The notes beneath the pieces are model-generated. The model saw nothing but the letters and a program-made list of their open reading frames with translations. It was not told the DNA's origin and did no database searches. From Acidimicrobiales bacterium (GTDB lineage: Bacteria; Actinomycetota; Acidimicrobiia; Acidimicrobiales; DATDAH01): DNA of 64,000 bases. The translations under genes and the position numbers were made by a program. The first letter of the stretch is position 1. Each line of letters starts with the position of its first letter. The stretch spans positions 143,350 to 207,349 of the forward strand of contig JAYRVH010000043.1 in assembly GCA_041918615.1 (NCBI GenBank), given 5' to 3'. Below, piece after piece: positions 47,142-55,541 of this stretch.

Positions 47142-48014
47142 ATGAACAGCACCGTGCACCGCGTGACCGCCCGAGGCCTCGAGTTCGCGTACCTCGAGGC
47201 CGGAACGGGGCCGCTGGCGTTGTGCCTGCACGGGTTCCCTGACGGCGCCTGGACCTGGCGCCACCTGCTGCCGACCCTGGCCGATGCCGGGTTCCGTGCT
47301 GTGGCACCGTTCAACCGCGGCTACGCGCCGACCGCGGTGCCCACCGACGGCATGTACCAGGCGGGCGCGCTCGCCGCCGACGCCAACGCGCTGCACGACG
47401 CGTTCGGCGCTGACGCCGACGCCGTGATCATCGGCCACGACTGGGGCGCAATGGCCGCCTACGGCGCTGCCGGCAGCGCACCGGCGAGGTGGCGGAGAGT
47501 GATCGCCGCCGCCGTCCCGCCCGCGGACGCGATGGGCATGACCTTCTTCACCTATGACCAGTTGCGGCGGTCCTGGTACATGTTCTTCTTCCAGCACCCC
47601 CTTGCCGAGATGGCCGTTGCCGCGGACGACCTCGCCTTCATCGAGCGCCTCTGGGCCGACTGGTCGCCCGGCTACGACGCCGACCAGGACCTCCCCCGGG
47701 TCAAGGAGTCGCTGAGGAGCCCCGAGCGCCTAGCCGCCGCACTCGGGACCTACCGCGCCACCCTCGGCGACGGTCCGCAATCCGCCGACCTCTCGGGCGA
47801 ACAGGCCGCGTGCGGCACCACTCCCCCGCAACCAACGATGTACCTCCACGGCACCCGAGACGGGTGCATGGGCATCGACGTGGCGCGTGCAGCGGCCGCG
47901 GCCTTCGACCGCGAGGGCAGCCGCTTCGAGGAGATCGAAGGCGCCGGCCACTGGCTGCACCTCGAATCGCCAACCGCGGTCAACCGCCTTGTCGCCGACT
48001 TCGCAACGAGCTGA
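47142..48014 (+). CDS. Alpha/beta hydrolase (epoxide-hydrolase/haloalkane-dehalogenase-like)
   Basis: LCLHGFPD, GHDWGA (nucleophile Asp) and a C-terminal GAGHW motif. Confidence 0.85.
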   Translation: MNSTVHRVTARGLEFAYLEAGTGPLALCLHGFPDGAWTWRHLLPTLADAGFRAVAPFNRGYAPTAVPTDGMYQAGALAADANALHDAFGADADAVIIGHDWGAMAAYGAAGSAPARWRRVIAAAVPPADAMGMTFFTYDQLRRSWYMFFFQHPLAEMAVAADDLAFIERLWADWSPGYDADQDLPRVKESLRSPERLAAALGTYRATLGDGPQSADLSGEQAACGTTPPQPTMYLHGTRDGCMGIDVARAAAAAFDREGSRFEEIEGAGHWLHLESPTAVNRLVADFATS

Positions 48015-48087
48015 GACCGCGGCCCGGACGCGGCCGTGCCCCGCCACCGCCAGGTGGTGGCAGGGCGCCGGTCAAACGCTGAGGCTG

Positions 48088-48942
48088 CTAGTTGGCCGCC
48101 GTGGTCGTGGTGCCACCGCCACCGCCACCGCCACCGCCACCCCCGCCTGAGCCCGAGCTGACGAAGGCGTCCTCGGTGATCGCGTCCTTGGTGGGCATGA
48201 AGGCCACGGGGACCTGCTCGTCGGAGAGGAAGCCCCGCAGCACCGCCATGTGCCGGGCTTCCACGCCGCCGATGCCCATGATCGCCTGTCGCAGCGTCGT
48301 CGTGCTGAGCACACCGGTGGCGAACACGTAGGTCTCGGCGGCCACGGTCTCGAGCGTGAGTGCCAACTCGACGACGCTGGCCTCGTCGGTGAGATCGGCG
48401 ACCGCCGGGTCGATCACGTTCTCCTGCACGAACGGGTTCGGATCGGTGAACTCGTTGCCACCGGCCGCCACCGTGGCCGCCTGCAACGCACCGGCGTGCT
48501 CGTCGTGCTGATCGCGGAACAGGGTGGCAGCCGATGCGACGTCCGCCGTCGTCACGAGACCTGAATCGATGGCGGCCTGATAGGTGTTGACGGCGAGGAT
48601 CTCGAGCGACGTCGCGGTGCGGAGCAGCGTGAGGTCGGTGTCCGCGGCGCCCGCTGCAGCCGTCGTGGTCGTCGCGCTCGCGGCGTTGCCGCTCTCGGCG
48701 ACCTCGGTGGCATCGCTGCCGCACGCCGCCAACACGGCGGCGCCGAGCACGGTCACCCCGCCGATCTTGAGGAAGCCCCGGCGGTTGGGCAGGCCCAGCA
48801 TCTGGGCCTTGGCCGAGGCGGGGATGTCGTCTTCGGAGCCGAACACCCGTAGCAGCGAGTCACGCCACGGGCGCATCGCCGCCTTCTGCTCGGCTCGAGA
48901 GGTGGTCAACTGCCGCCGCACCTCGTCACGGGAGAATTCCAT
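48088..48942 (-). CDS. Ferritin-like-domain protein with an internal RR/lipobox-type export signal and a Gly12 tail
   Basis: RRGFLKIGGVTVLGAAVLAACGS begins ~50 aa into the ORF. Ferritin-like helices follow (FRDQHDEHAGAL, ARHMAVL). An SD-like GAAGGAA lies 6 nt before the ATG at 48942. Confidence 0.7.
   Translation of the reverse strand: MEFSRDEVRRQLTTSRAEQKAAMRPWRDSLLRVFGSEDDIPASAKAQMLGLPNRRGFLKIGGVTVLGAAVLAACGSDATEVAESGNAASATTTTAAAGAADTDLTLLRTATSLEILAVNTYQAAIDSGLVTTADVASAATLFRDQHDEHAGALQAATVAAGGNEFTDPNPFVQENVIDPAVADLTDEASVVELALTLETVAAETYVFATGVLSTTTLRQAIMGIGGVEARHMAVLRGFLSDEQVPVAFMPTKDAITEDAFVSSGSGGGGGGGGGGGGTTTTAAN
48109..48147. repeat. GCCACC-type simple repeat encoding Gly12
   Basis: Reiterated gccaccgccaccgccaccgccacc is read directly. 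It translates on the minus strand as GGGGGGGGGGGG. Confidence 0.8.
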
Positions 48943-48974
48943 CTTCGTTTCCTTCTTTCGTCTCGGGCGGGGGG

Positions 48975-49703
48975 TCAGGCGTTGACCGGGTAGTCGGCGG
49001 GGTTCAACGCGGTCTCCTGGTTCTCGAAGCTCGGGACGTACTCCTCGAGGTCCTGACCCAGAGCCTGCCCGAGGACCACCGCGTGCTGCGCCTCGACGGG
49101 CAGGATCGTGGCCACGGCCACGGCGTTGGTCGGGTCCTGGAGGATGCCGAGGCTGAAGAAGTAGGTCGAGGCCGCGCCGTTCTCGAGGTCCTGGGCGATC
49201 TGCAGCAGCGCCGCCTGGTCGGCCGCGTCGGCGATCAGGGGGGCGAAGACGTCGAGCACCGCCTGGTTGGCCTCACCCGTCGCCGCATCGCCGGCGACCC
49301 CGGCGAACGCTCCCGCATGCTCCTGGTGATGACCGGCGAACGTGTTGGCCACGTCGAGGACCGCCGGGTCGAGCAGCCCGGTTTCGCCTGCTGCACCGTA
49401 GGCGGCGACCGCGGCGAGCTCGACGCTCTCGGCGAAAGCGGCAAGGTCGCCGTCGCTGATCTGGTCCTGCGCCCACGCCGCCGGCATGAGCCGTGACATC
49501 GGCACGAGTGCCGAGCCCAGGGTGAGGGCGGCTCCGCCGAGTCCGGCGGTGCGGATGAAATGGCGACGGCTCGCCCCCAGCTTCCGTGATGTCTCACCGA
49601 GGTGCACCTCACGAAGGTCCTCGTCGATCGTCCTCATCGCGTGGTGGTGCTGGTCGTCGACATCAGCGGCCAGCTGACGCAACTCGCTCGTGGTGATCTC
49701 CAC
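48975..49703 (-). CDS. Ferritin-like-domain protein with an internal twin-arginine-type signal (paralog of 48088..48942)
   Basis: The GTG at 49703 is preceded by AAGGAGA-N6. SRRHFIRTAGLGGAALTLG occurs ~45 aa in. Also has FAGHHQEHAGAF and VEAQHAVVLG. Confidence 0.7.
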   Translation of the reverse strand: MEITTSELRQLAADVDDQHHHAMRTIDEDLREVHLGETSRKLGASRRHFIRTAGLGGAALTLGSALVPMSRLMPAAWAQDQISDGDLAAFAESVELAAVAAYGAAGETGLLDPAVLDVANTFAGHHQEHAGAFAGVAGDAATGEANQAVLDVFAPLIADAADQAALLQIAQDLENGAASTYFFSLGILQDPTNAVAVATILPVEAQHAVVLGQALGQDLEEYVPSFENQETALNPADYPVNA

Positions 49704-49807
49704 GGTGGGTCTCCTTGTTCGGGGTTGGGGGGAGCGGCGATGCGGTGTGGCCGATGGCCGCACCGGCGCCGGCAGGCGCAATGGGCGCCCACCGGTGAGC
49801 GGGGCCC

Positions 49808-50242
49808 TCAGGAGACCGTGACGCTACCGGTCATCTGACTGTGGATGTTGCAGTGATAGGTGAAGTCGCCGGTCTCGTCGAAGGTCTGCTCGAAGGTCGA
49901 GCCGCCGTCGATGTTGCCGGAGTCGAACGAGTCGTCGTCCGCCGTGACCGTGTGGGCGAAGTCGTCGTTGTTGGTCCATGTGACGGTGTCGCCCTGGCCG
50001 ATCTCGATCGGATCGGGGGTGAAGGTGAAGTTCTCGATCACCGGCGCTGTGGGGTCACCACCCGTGTCCGCCGCGGCGGTGGTGTCGGTCGTGTCGCCCC
50101 CCGAACCGGAGTCCGTGGCGGTTGTGTCGGAGGAACTGCTGTCGCTGCTGTCGTCGCTGCCGCAGGCCGAAAGGCCGAGCAGGAGCAGAACGGCGAGCAG
50201 GACACCGGTCAGGCGTCTCGCGGGGGTCGTGCTGGGGGTCAT
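49808..50242 (-). CDS. Cupredoxin (plastocyanin/amicyanin-like) lipoprotein
   Basis: Lipobox LLGLSACGS, a Ser/Thr/Asp-rich linker, then copper ligands (H...YHCNIHSQM). Confidence 0.85.
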   Translation of the reverse strand: MTPSTTPARRLTGVLLAVLLLLGLSACGSDDSSDSSSSDTTATDSGSGGDTTDTTAAADTGGDPTAPVIENFTFTPDPIEIGQGDTVTWTNNDDFAHTVTADDDSFDSGNIDGGSTFEQTFDETGDFTYHCNIHSQMTGSVTVS

Positions 50243-50419
50243 GGGCTCTTTCCGCTTTCGATCGTTGAGCTTGCCGTCGCGGAAAGACTCTTGCACGCTT
50301 GCAGAGGTGGCGTGGATTCGACCGCCGGCGACCTCGAGATCCCGGGCCTCGTAGTCGGGTCGTGGGCCCCGTTGGCCCTTCACCGCCCGGCGCTCTCCAC
50401 CTTGGTGCCCCCCACGCCA

Positions 50420-51280
50420 TCAGTCCGCGAGGAACAGCCAACCTTCGCGTTCGGTGACCAGTGCCTCGTCCACCAGACCGGTCGCGACCCGGTTGGCCCG
50501 AGCGGCATCGTCGGGCCAACCCATGGCCGACGCCAGGTCGGCGGCGGCGACCGGCCCACGACGCAGCGCATCCACGAGACGGCCGCGCCCCTGGCGGTCC
50601 GACCCCTCGAACCGGGACTGCGGTCCGCTCACGCCAGCCGAGCCGACGGCCGGGTCGGGCGCCGCGTTCCCATCGGCCGACCAGCCGCACCGGTCCGCCA
50701 CCGGGCACCGGGCACACCCCGGCGCCCGCGCGGTGCAGACGACGGCGCCCAGGTCGAGCAGCGCCTGGTTCCACGCCCATCCGAACCCCGACGGAACCCA
50801 GCGATCGGCATCGGCCTGGGCCTCGGCGCCGCTGAGCGTCCGCGCCGCCCGGCGCGCCAGGACCCGGGCCACGTTCGTGTCCACGACGGCGACGTCGCGC
50901 TCGAACGCGAAGGCCAACACCGCCCGAGCGGTGTACGGACCCACGCCCGGCAGGCGGAGCAGGTCGTCGATCTCGTCGGGGACGACTCCGTCGTGCCGGT
51001 CGACGATCTCCCGTGCCGCCCGGTGCAACTGGCTCGCACGGCGGTTGTAGCCGAGGCCTGCCCACGAGCGCACGACATCGGCCTGGCGAGCTGTCGCACA
51101 CGCCAGCGGGTTGGGAAACGCATCAAGGAAGGCGTGGTACTTCGGCACCACCCGGGCGACCTGGGTCTGCTGCAGCATCGCCTCACTGACCAGGATCGCC
51201 CAGGGATCACGGGTCTGCCGCCATGGCAGATCACGGCCCGAGTGGGCCGCCCACCGCAAGAGGGCCTGCTGGTCCTTCAT
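50420..51280 (-). CDS. mutY: A/G-specific adenine DNA glycosylase (MutY-like)
   Basis: LPWRQTRDPWAILVSEAMLQQT, an HhH motif (LPGVGPYTA) and a 4-Cys cluster (C...CARCPVADRC). Confidence 0.85.
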   Translation of the reverse strand: MKDQQALLRWAAHSGRDLPWRQTRDPWAILVSEAMLQQTQVARVVPKYHAFLDAFPNPLACATARQADVVRSWAGLGYNRRASQLHRAAREIVDRHDGVVPDEIDDLLRLPGVGPYTARAVLAFAFERDVAVVDTNVARVLARRAARTLSGAEAQADADRWVPSGFGWAWNQALLDLGAVVCTARAPGCARCPVADRCGWSADGNAAPDPAVGSAGVSGPQSRFEGSDRQGRGRLVDALRRGPVAAADLASAMGWPDDAARANRVATGLVDEALVTEREGWLFLAD

Positions 51281-51413
51281 GAGGGCCGCTCGACTCCGCC
51301 CGCTGGGCCCGGCGCCGAGTGCCGGCCCACGACCGCCCCTGGCGGGGCCGGCAGCAGTCACCCCCACGCAGGTGGGGACGGCCGGCCACGAGCGGGAGCG
51401 GCGTCCTTCCCCG

Positions 51414-52232
51414 TCATCGGTCGACCGGCGCGGGAAGGGCCGCCAACACCGCCTCGGCCCACAGTCGGTAGCCCCGGTCGCTCGGGTGGAAGTCGTCCGC
51501 GGCGAACAGCGCGCCGGGATCGCGGCGGAACGCCGGGCCGGTCTCCCCCGCGATGTCGACGTAGGTCCGACCTTCTTCGGCCGCGAGATCCTGGATCACG
51601 GCATCGATCGTGCCACCCCGGACGCCGGCGACGAAGCGCAACGGTTGCGCGAAGCGCGGCGTCGAACCCAAGTCGGGTACCCCGAGCATGACCACAGTCG
51701 CCCCAGGCGGAAGTGCGTCGAGCAACCGGCGGTACCGGGCCCCGAAGTCGGCCGCACGGGTGAGGTGCACGGTGTCGTTCGCCCCCACGCTGAGCACCAC
51801 GACGTCGATCGGGCCCGACGGCAGGCGAGGCACCTGCTCGTCGAGCACATCGCTGATGCGGGCGCCCGACACCGCCAACACCGTCAGGTCGACGGGTCGG
51901 TCGAAGCCCTTGGCCACGAGTCGGGGAAGCGTTGTTCCCGCGCGGGACGAACCGACGCCCGCCGCGGTGGAATCACCGAGCCAGACCAGGTGTTGCCTCC
52001 CGCCGGGGCGAGCGACACCGACGATGCCGTCGAGGTCGTAGGGATCGCGGTCGGGCAGGTTGGCACCCCGAGCGGCGATCATCACCTCGACCCCGACCAC
52101 GGCGGCTGCAAGAGCGGGAACGGCGAGCACGACCAGGACCGCCACGGCGACCCGGCGGCGAGTGATCAGGCGTCGTCCCAGATCGACTCGTCGTACGGGC
52201 GCTGGCGGGGCGGGGCGGCATCGCGCTTCCAC
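51414..52232 (-). CDS. SGNH/GDSL hydrolase, membrane-anchored
   Basis: WLGDSTAAG (block I), GANDT (block III) and D-F-H-P (block V). The ATG at 52232 overlaps the upstream gene by 67 nt, so the start is uncertain. Confidence 0.75.
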   Translation of the reverse strand: MEARCRPAPPAPVRRVDLGRRLITRRRVAVAVLVVLAVPALAAAVVGVEVMIAARGANLPDRDPYDLDGIVGVARPGGRQHLVWLGDSTAAGVGSSRAGTTLPRLVAKGFDRPVDLTVLAVSGARISDVLDEQVPRLPSGPIDVVVLSVGANDTVHLTRAADFGARYRRLLDALPPGATVVMLGVPDLGSTPRFAQPLRFVAGVRGGTIDAVIQDLAAEEGRTYVDIAGETGPAFRRDPGALFAADDFHPSDRGYRLWAEAVLAALPAPVDR

Positions 52233-52684
52233 ACCATCACCTTGCGGCGGAAGTAGCAGACCTCTTCGCCGCGCTGGTTGATGCCCTTGGTCTCGACGGT
52301 GACCACCCCCCGGTCGTCCTTCGACGAGGACTCACGCTTGTCCAGCACCTTCGTCTCCGCATAGATCGTGTCGCCGTGGAACGTGGGCCTGCGGTGCGTG
52401 AGCGACTCGATCTCGAGATTGGCGATGGCCGAGCCGCTGACATCGGGGACGCTGAGGCCCAGCACGAGCGAGTAGACGAGGTTGCCAACGACCACGTTCT
52501 TCTTGTGCACGGTCTCGTTCTCCGCGAACCACGTGTTCGTGTGGAGCGGGTGGTGGTTCATGGTGATCATGCAGAACAGGTGGTCGTCCGCCTCGGTGAT
52601 CGTCTTGCCGGGCCAGTGGCGGTACACGTCGCCGACCTCGAAGTCCTCGAGATAGCGGCCGAAGGGGCGTTCGTACGTGGTCAC
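52166..52684 (-). CDS. MaoC-family (R)-specific enoyl-CoA/mesaconyl-CoA-type hydratase
   Basis: 172 aa from a GTG. Hot-dog fold motifs are present (MNHHPLHTN, THRRPTFHGDT). Confidence 0.85.
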   Translation of the reverse strand: MTTYERPFGRYLEDFEVGDVYRHWPGKTITEADDHLFCMITMNHHPLHTNTWFAENETVHKKNVVVGNLVYSLVLGLSVPDVSGSAIANLEIESLTHRRPTFHGDTIYAETKVLDKRESSSKDDRGVVTVETKGINQRGEEVCYFRRKVMVWKRDAAPPRQRPYDESIWDDA

Positions 52685-52826
52685 AGGGAGCCTTTCGTGG
52701 GTCTCGAGGCCGAGTGGTCGAGCGTTGCCGGGCAACCCGTTCGTAGCAGACGCCGAGGGCGGTCCGGCGAAAGGGCGATGAGGCGGGCAGGCCACGGATG
52801 GTATCGGCAGCACCTGGCTCGGTACC

Positions 52827-54470
52827 GTGCGGCCCATGAGCGACCTCCACCCCACCCCTCTCACCTCGCCGGACCTCGCCGCGGCTGCCGCCGCAATCGA
52901 TCTCTCGAGTGCGGTGGTGAGCGCCGCCACGACCCACCTCGCGGCAGTGGGCCTCGACGACAACCAGGCGCTGGCCTACGACCTGGCCCACGCGGCGTCG
53001 GCCATCGAGATGGCCAGCGGCCTGCTCGCCTATGGCGCCAAGGGCGACATCGAGGGCCGCCTGACGTGCGCGTTCGTGGCCGACGCGGTCCACGACCTGA
53101 GCGCCAGGATCTTCGGCCGCGAGGCGCAATGGGGCGTGGAGCCCGGTGCGGTCGACGGCGCCCGGCCCTTCCTGGCTGCCTACCGGGACCCGGCCTTCCT
53201 GGCCGGCCTGGCCGACCAGGAAGGGCCACGCCACCTCGACGCCGACTTCGAGTTGGTGCAGGACACCTTCCGTCGCTTCGCCGAGGACAAGATCCGCCCG
53301 GCGGCCGAGCATGTCCATCGCACCAACGGCGACGTGCCCGAGGACATCATCTCAGGGCTCGCCGAGATGGGCGGCTTCGGCCTGTCCGTGCCCGAGGAGT
53401 ACGGCGGCTTCGCCGGCGGCGGCGAGAGCGACTACCTGGGCATGGTGGTCGCCACCGAGGAGCTCTCGCGGGGCTCGCTCGGCATCGGCGGCTCGCTCAT
53501 CACCCGACCCGAGATCCTCACCCGTGCGCTGGTGAAGGGCGGCACCGAGGCCCAGAAGCAGGAGTGGCTCCCCAGGCTGGCCACCGCCGAGGTCATGGCC
53601 GCCGTCGCGGTCACCGAGCCCGACTTCGGCTCCGATGTCGCCGGCATCAAGGTGACCGCCACGCCGACCGAGGGCGGCTGGCTGATCAACGGGGTCAAGA
53701 CCTGGTGCACCTTCGGAGCCCGTGCCGACGCACTGATGCTGCTGGCCCGCACGGACCCCGACCGCTCGAAGACCCACCGGGGCCTGTCGATGTTCGTGGT
53801 GCCCAAACCCCGCGGCGAAGGCCACGGCTTCGAGTTCGTCCAGGAGGTCGGAGCCGACGGCGGTGCGCCCGGCGGCGGGAAGATGGAGGGACGGGCCATC
53901 GACACGATCGGGTATCGGGGCATGCACTCGTACGAGATCGCCCTCGACAACTGGTTCGTGGCCGCGGCCAACCAGGTCGGTGGCGATGAGGGGCTCGGCA
54001 AGGGCTTCTACTACCAGATGGAGGGATTCGAGAACGGCCGCCTCCAGACCGCGGCCCGGGCCGTCGGCGTGATGCAGGCCGCCTACGAGGACGCCCGCCA
54101 GTACGCCCTCGACCGCACGGTCTTCGGCCATCCCATCGCGGAGTACCAGCTCACCCGGGTGAAGCTGGCCCGCATGGCGGTGCTGATCCAGGCCAGCCGC
54201 CAGTTCTCCTACGCAGTCGCCACCATGATGGCCAGCGGCGAGGGAGCCCTCGAGGCGTCGATGGTGAAGGCGTACGTCTGTCGCGCCGCCGAGTGGGTGA
54301 CACGTGAGGCGATGCAGATCCACGGCGGGTTCGGCTACGCCGAGGAGTATCCCGTCAGCCGCTATTTCGTGGACGCCCGTGTTCTGTCCATCTTCGAGGG
54401 CGCCGACGAGACCCTGTGCCTCAAGGTGATCGCCCGCCGCCTGCTCGACCGCCAGAAGGCCGCCGCCTAG
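52827..54470 (+). CDS. Long acyl-CoA dehydrogenase with a ~170-aa N-terminal extension (methylsuccinyl-CoA-dehydrogenase-like)
   Basis: 547 aa. The ACAD core runs from ~residue 170 (FRRFAEDKIRP...) to the end (IHGGFGYAEEYPVSRYF). The extra N-terminal domain is unusual for ACADs. Confidence 0.85.
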   Translation: MRPMSDLHPTPLTSPDLAAAAAAIDLSSAVVSAATTHLAAVGLDDNQALAYDLAHAASAIEMASGLLAYGAKGDIEGRLTCAFVADAVHDLSARIFGREAQWGVEPGAVDGARPFLAAYRDPAFLAGLADQEGPRHLDADFELVQDTFRRFAEDKIRPAAEHVHRTNGDVPEDIISGLAEMGGFGLSVPEEYGGFAGGGESDYLGMVVATEELSRGSLGIGGSLITRPEILTRALVKGGTEAQKQEWLPRLATAEVMAAVAVTEPDFGSDVAGIKVTATPTEGGWLINGVKTWCTFGARADALMLLARTDPDRSKTHRGLSMFVVPKPRGEGHGFEFVQEVGADGGAPGGGKMEGRAIDTIGYRGMHSYEIALDNWFVAAANQVGGDEGLGKGFYYQMEGFENGRLQTAARAVGVMQAAYEDARQYALDRTVFGHPIAEYQLTRVKLARMAVLIQASRQFSYAVATMMASGEGALEASMVKAYVCRAAEWVTREAMQIHGGFGYAEEYPVSRYFVDARVLSIFEGADETLCLKVIARRLLDRQKAAA

Positions 54471-54497
54471 CCCACGCCTGGCCCCTTCCCCCCGATT

Positions 54498-54540
54498 CTC
54501 GACGCAATAGCTGTCGGATTCCGACAGCTATTGCGTCGAG
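54498..54540. terminator. Perfect 20-bp inverted repeat between convergent genes (bidirectional terminator candidate)
   Basis: ctcgacgcaatagctgtcgg-att-ccgacagctattgcgtcgag, located between the stops at 54470 (+) and 54553 (-). No clear U-tract. Confidence 0.6.
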
Positions 54541-54552
54541 TTGGCGGACGGG

Positions 54553-55497
54553 TCAGGGGGCGGGGGTGCGGGTGAAGCCGGCTCGTTCGCCGCGGCTGAC
54601 GACCTTGATGGCCACCTTGCGGGACGCCTCGTCGATCATCTCGTCACCCATCATCACCGCGCCCTTGCGGTCGCCGGTGGTGGTGGCCTCCTCGTAGGCG
54701 TCGAGGACCGCCCAGGCGTGGTCGAACTGCTCCTGGTTGGGGCCGAACACCTCGTTGAGGATCGTCACCTGATCGGGGTGGAGCGCCCATTTCCCATCGA
54801 AGCCCAGGATCTGCGTGCGGGTGCAGAAGTCGCGGAAGCCGTCGTTGTCGCGCACCCTCACATACGGGCCATCGATGACCTGGAGGCCGTTGGCCCGACC
54901 CGCCATGAGGATCTTCATGAATGGGTAGTGGAAGTAGTCGCCGGGGTACTCGGGGATCTGGAGCCCGCCCTGCAGCGACGGCATCTCCATCGATGCCGAG
55001 AAGTCCACCGGGCCGAGGATGATGGTCTCGGTGCGGGAGGACGCCGCACAGATCTCCTCGACGTTGATGAGACCCTGGGCGGTCTCGATCTGTGCCTCGA
55101 TGCCGATGTGGCCCTGGGGCAGGCCCGCCTTGGCCTCCACCTGGGTCAGCAGCAGGTCCATGGCCACGACCTCGGCGGCGGTCTGCACCTTGGGCAGCAT
55201 GATCTCCTCGAGGCGCTCACCGGCGTTGCCGACCACCTCGATGATGTCGTACGCGGTCCATTCGGTGTCCCAGGCGTTCACCCGGACGCACAGCACCTTG
55301 TCACCCCAGTCCTGGTTCTTGATGGCGTCGACCACCTTGGCCCGGGCCGCCTCCTTCTCGAGGGGAGCGACCGAGTCCTCGAGGTCGAGGAAGACCATGT
55401 CGGCCGGGATGTTCGGCCCCTTGCCCAGCATCTTCTCGCTCGATCCGGGGATCGACAGGCAGGAGCGACGCGGCAGGTTTCGGGTGCGTTCGGACAT
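54553..55497 (-). CDS. HpcH/CitE-family lyase (malyl-CoA/beta-methylmalyl-CoA lyase-like)
   Basis: 314 aa. FLDLEDSVAP, a long TIM-barrel-type sequence, and C-terminal MIDEASRK. Confidence 0.85.
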   Translation of the reverse strand: MSERTRNLPRRSCLSIPGSSEKMLGKGPNIPADMVFLDLEDSVAPLEKEAARAKVVDAIKNQDWGDKVLCVRVNAWDTEWTAYDIIEVVGNAGERLEEIMLPKVQTAAEVVAMDLLLTQVEAKAGLPQGHIGIEAQIETAQGLINVEEICAASSRTETIILGPVDFSASMEMPSLQGGLQIPEYPGDYFHYPFMKILMAGRANGLQVIDGPYVRVRDNDGFRDFCTRTQILGFDGKWALHPDQVTILNEVFGPNQEQFDHAWAVLDAYEEATTTGDRKGAVMMGDEMIDEASRKVAIKVVSRGERAGFTRTPAP

Positions 55498-55541
55498 GGG
55501 CCGATGGTATGCGCCCACTACTCGGGAACTCCAAGTGCGGG

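Noticed and set aside
49841-53989. Long ORFs 49841..51691 (+) and 52376..53989 (+), and similar ORFs.
   Set aside because: They overlap well-supported genes (cupredoxin, mutY, SGNH, MaoC, ACAD) in antisense or shifted frames and have low-complexity translations.
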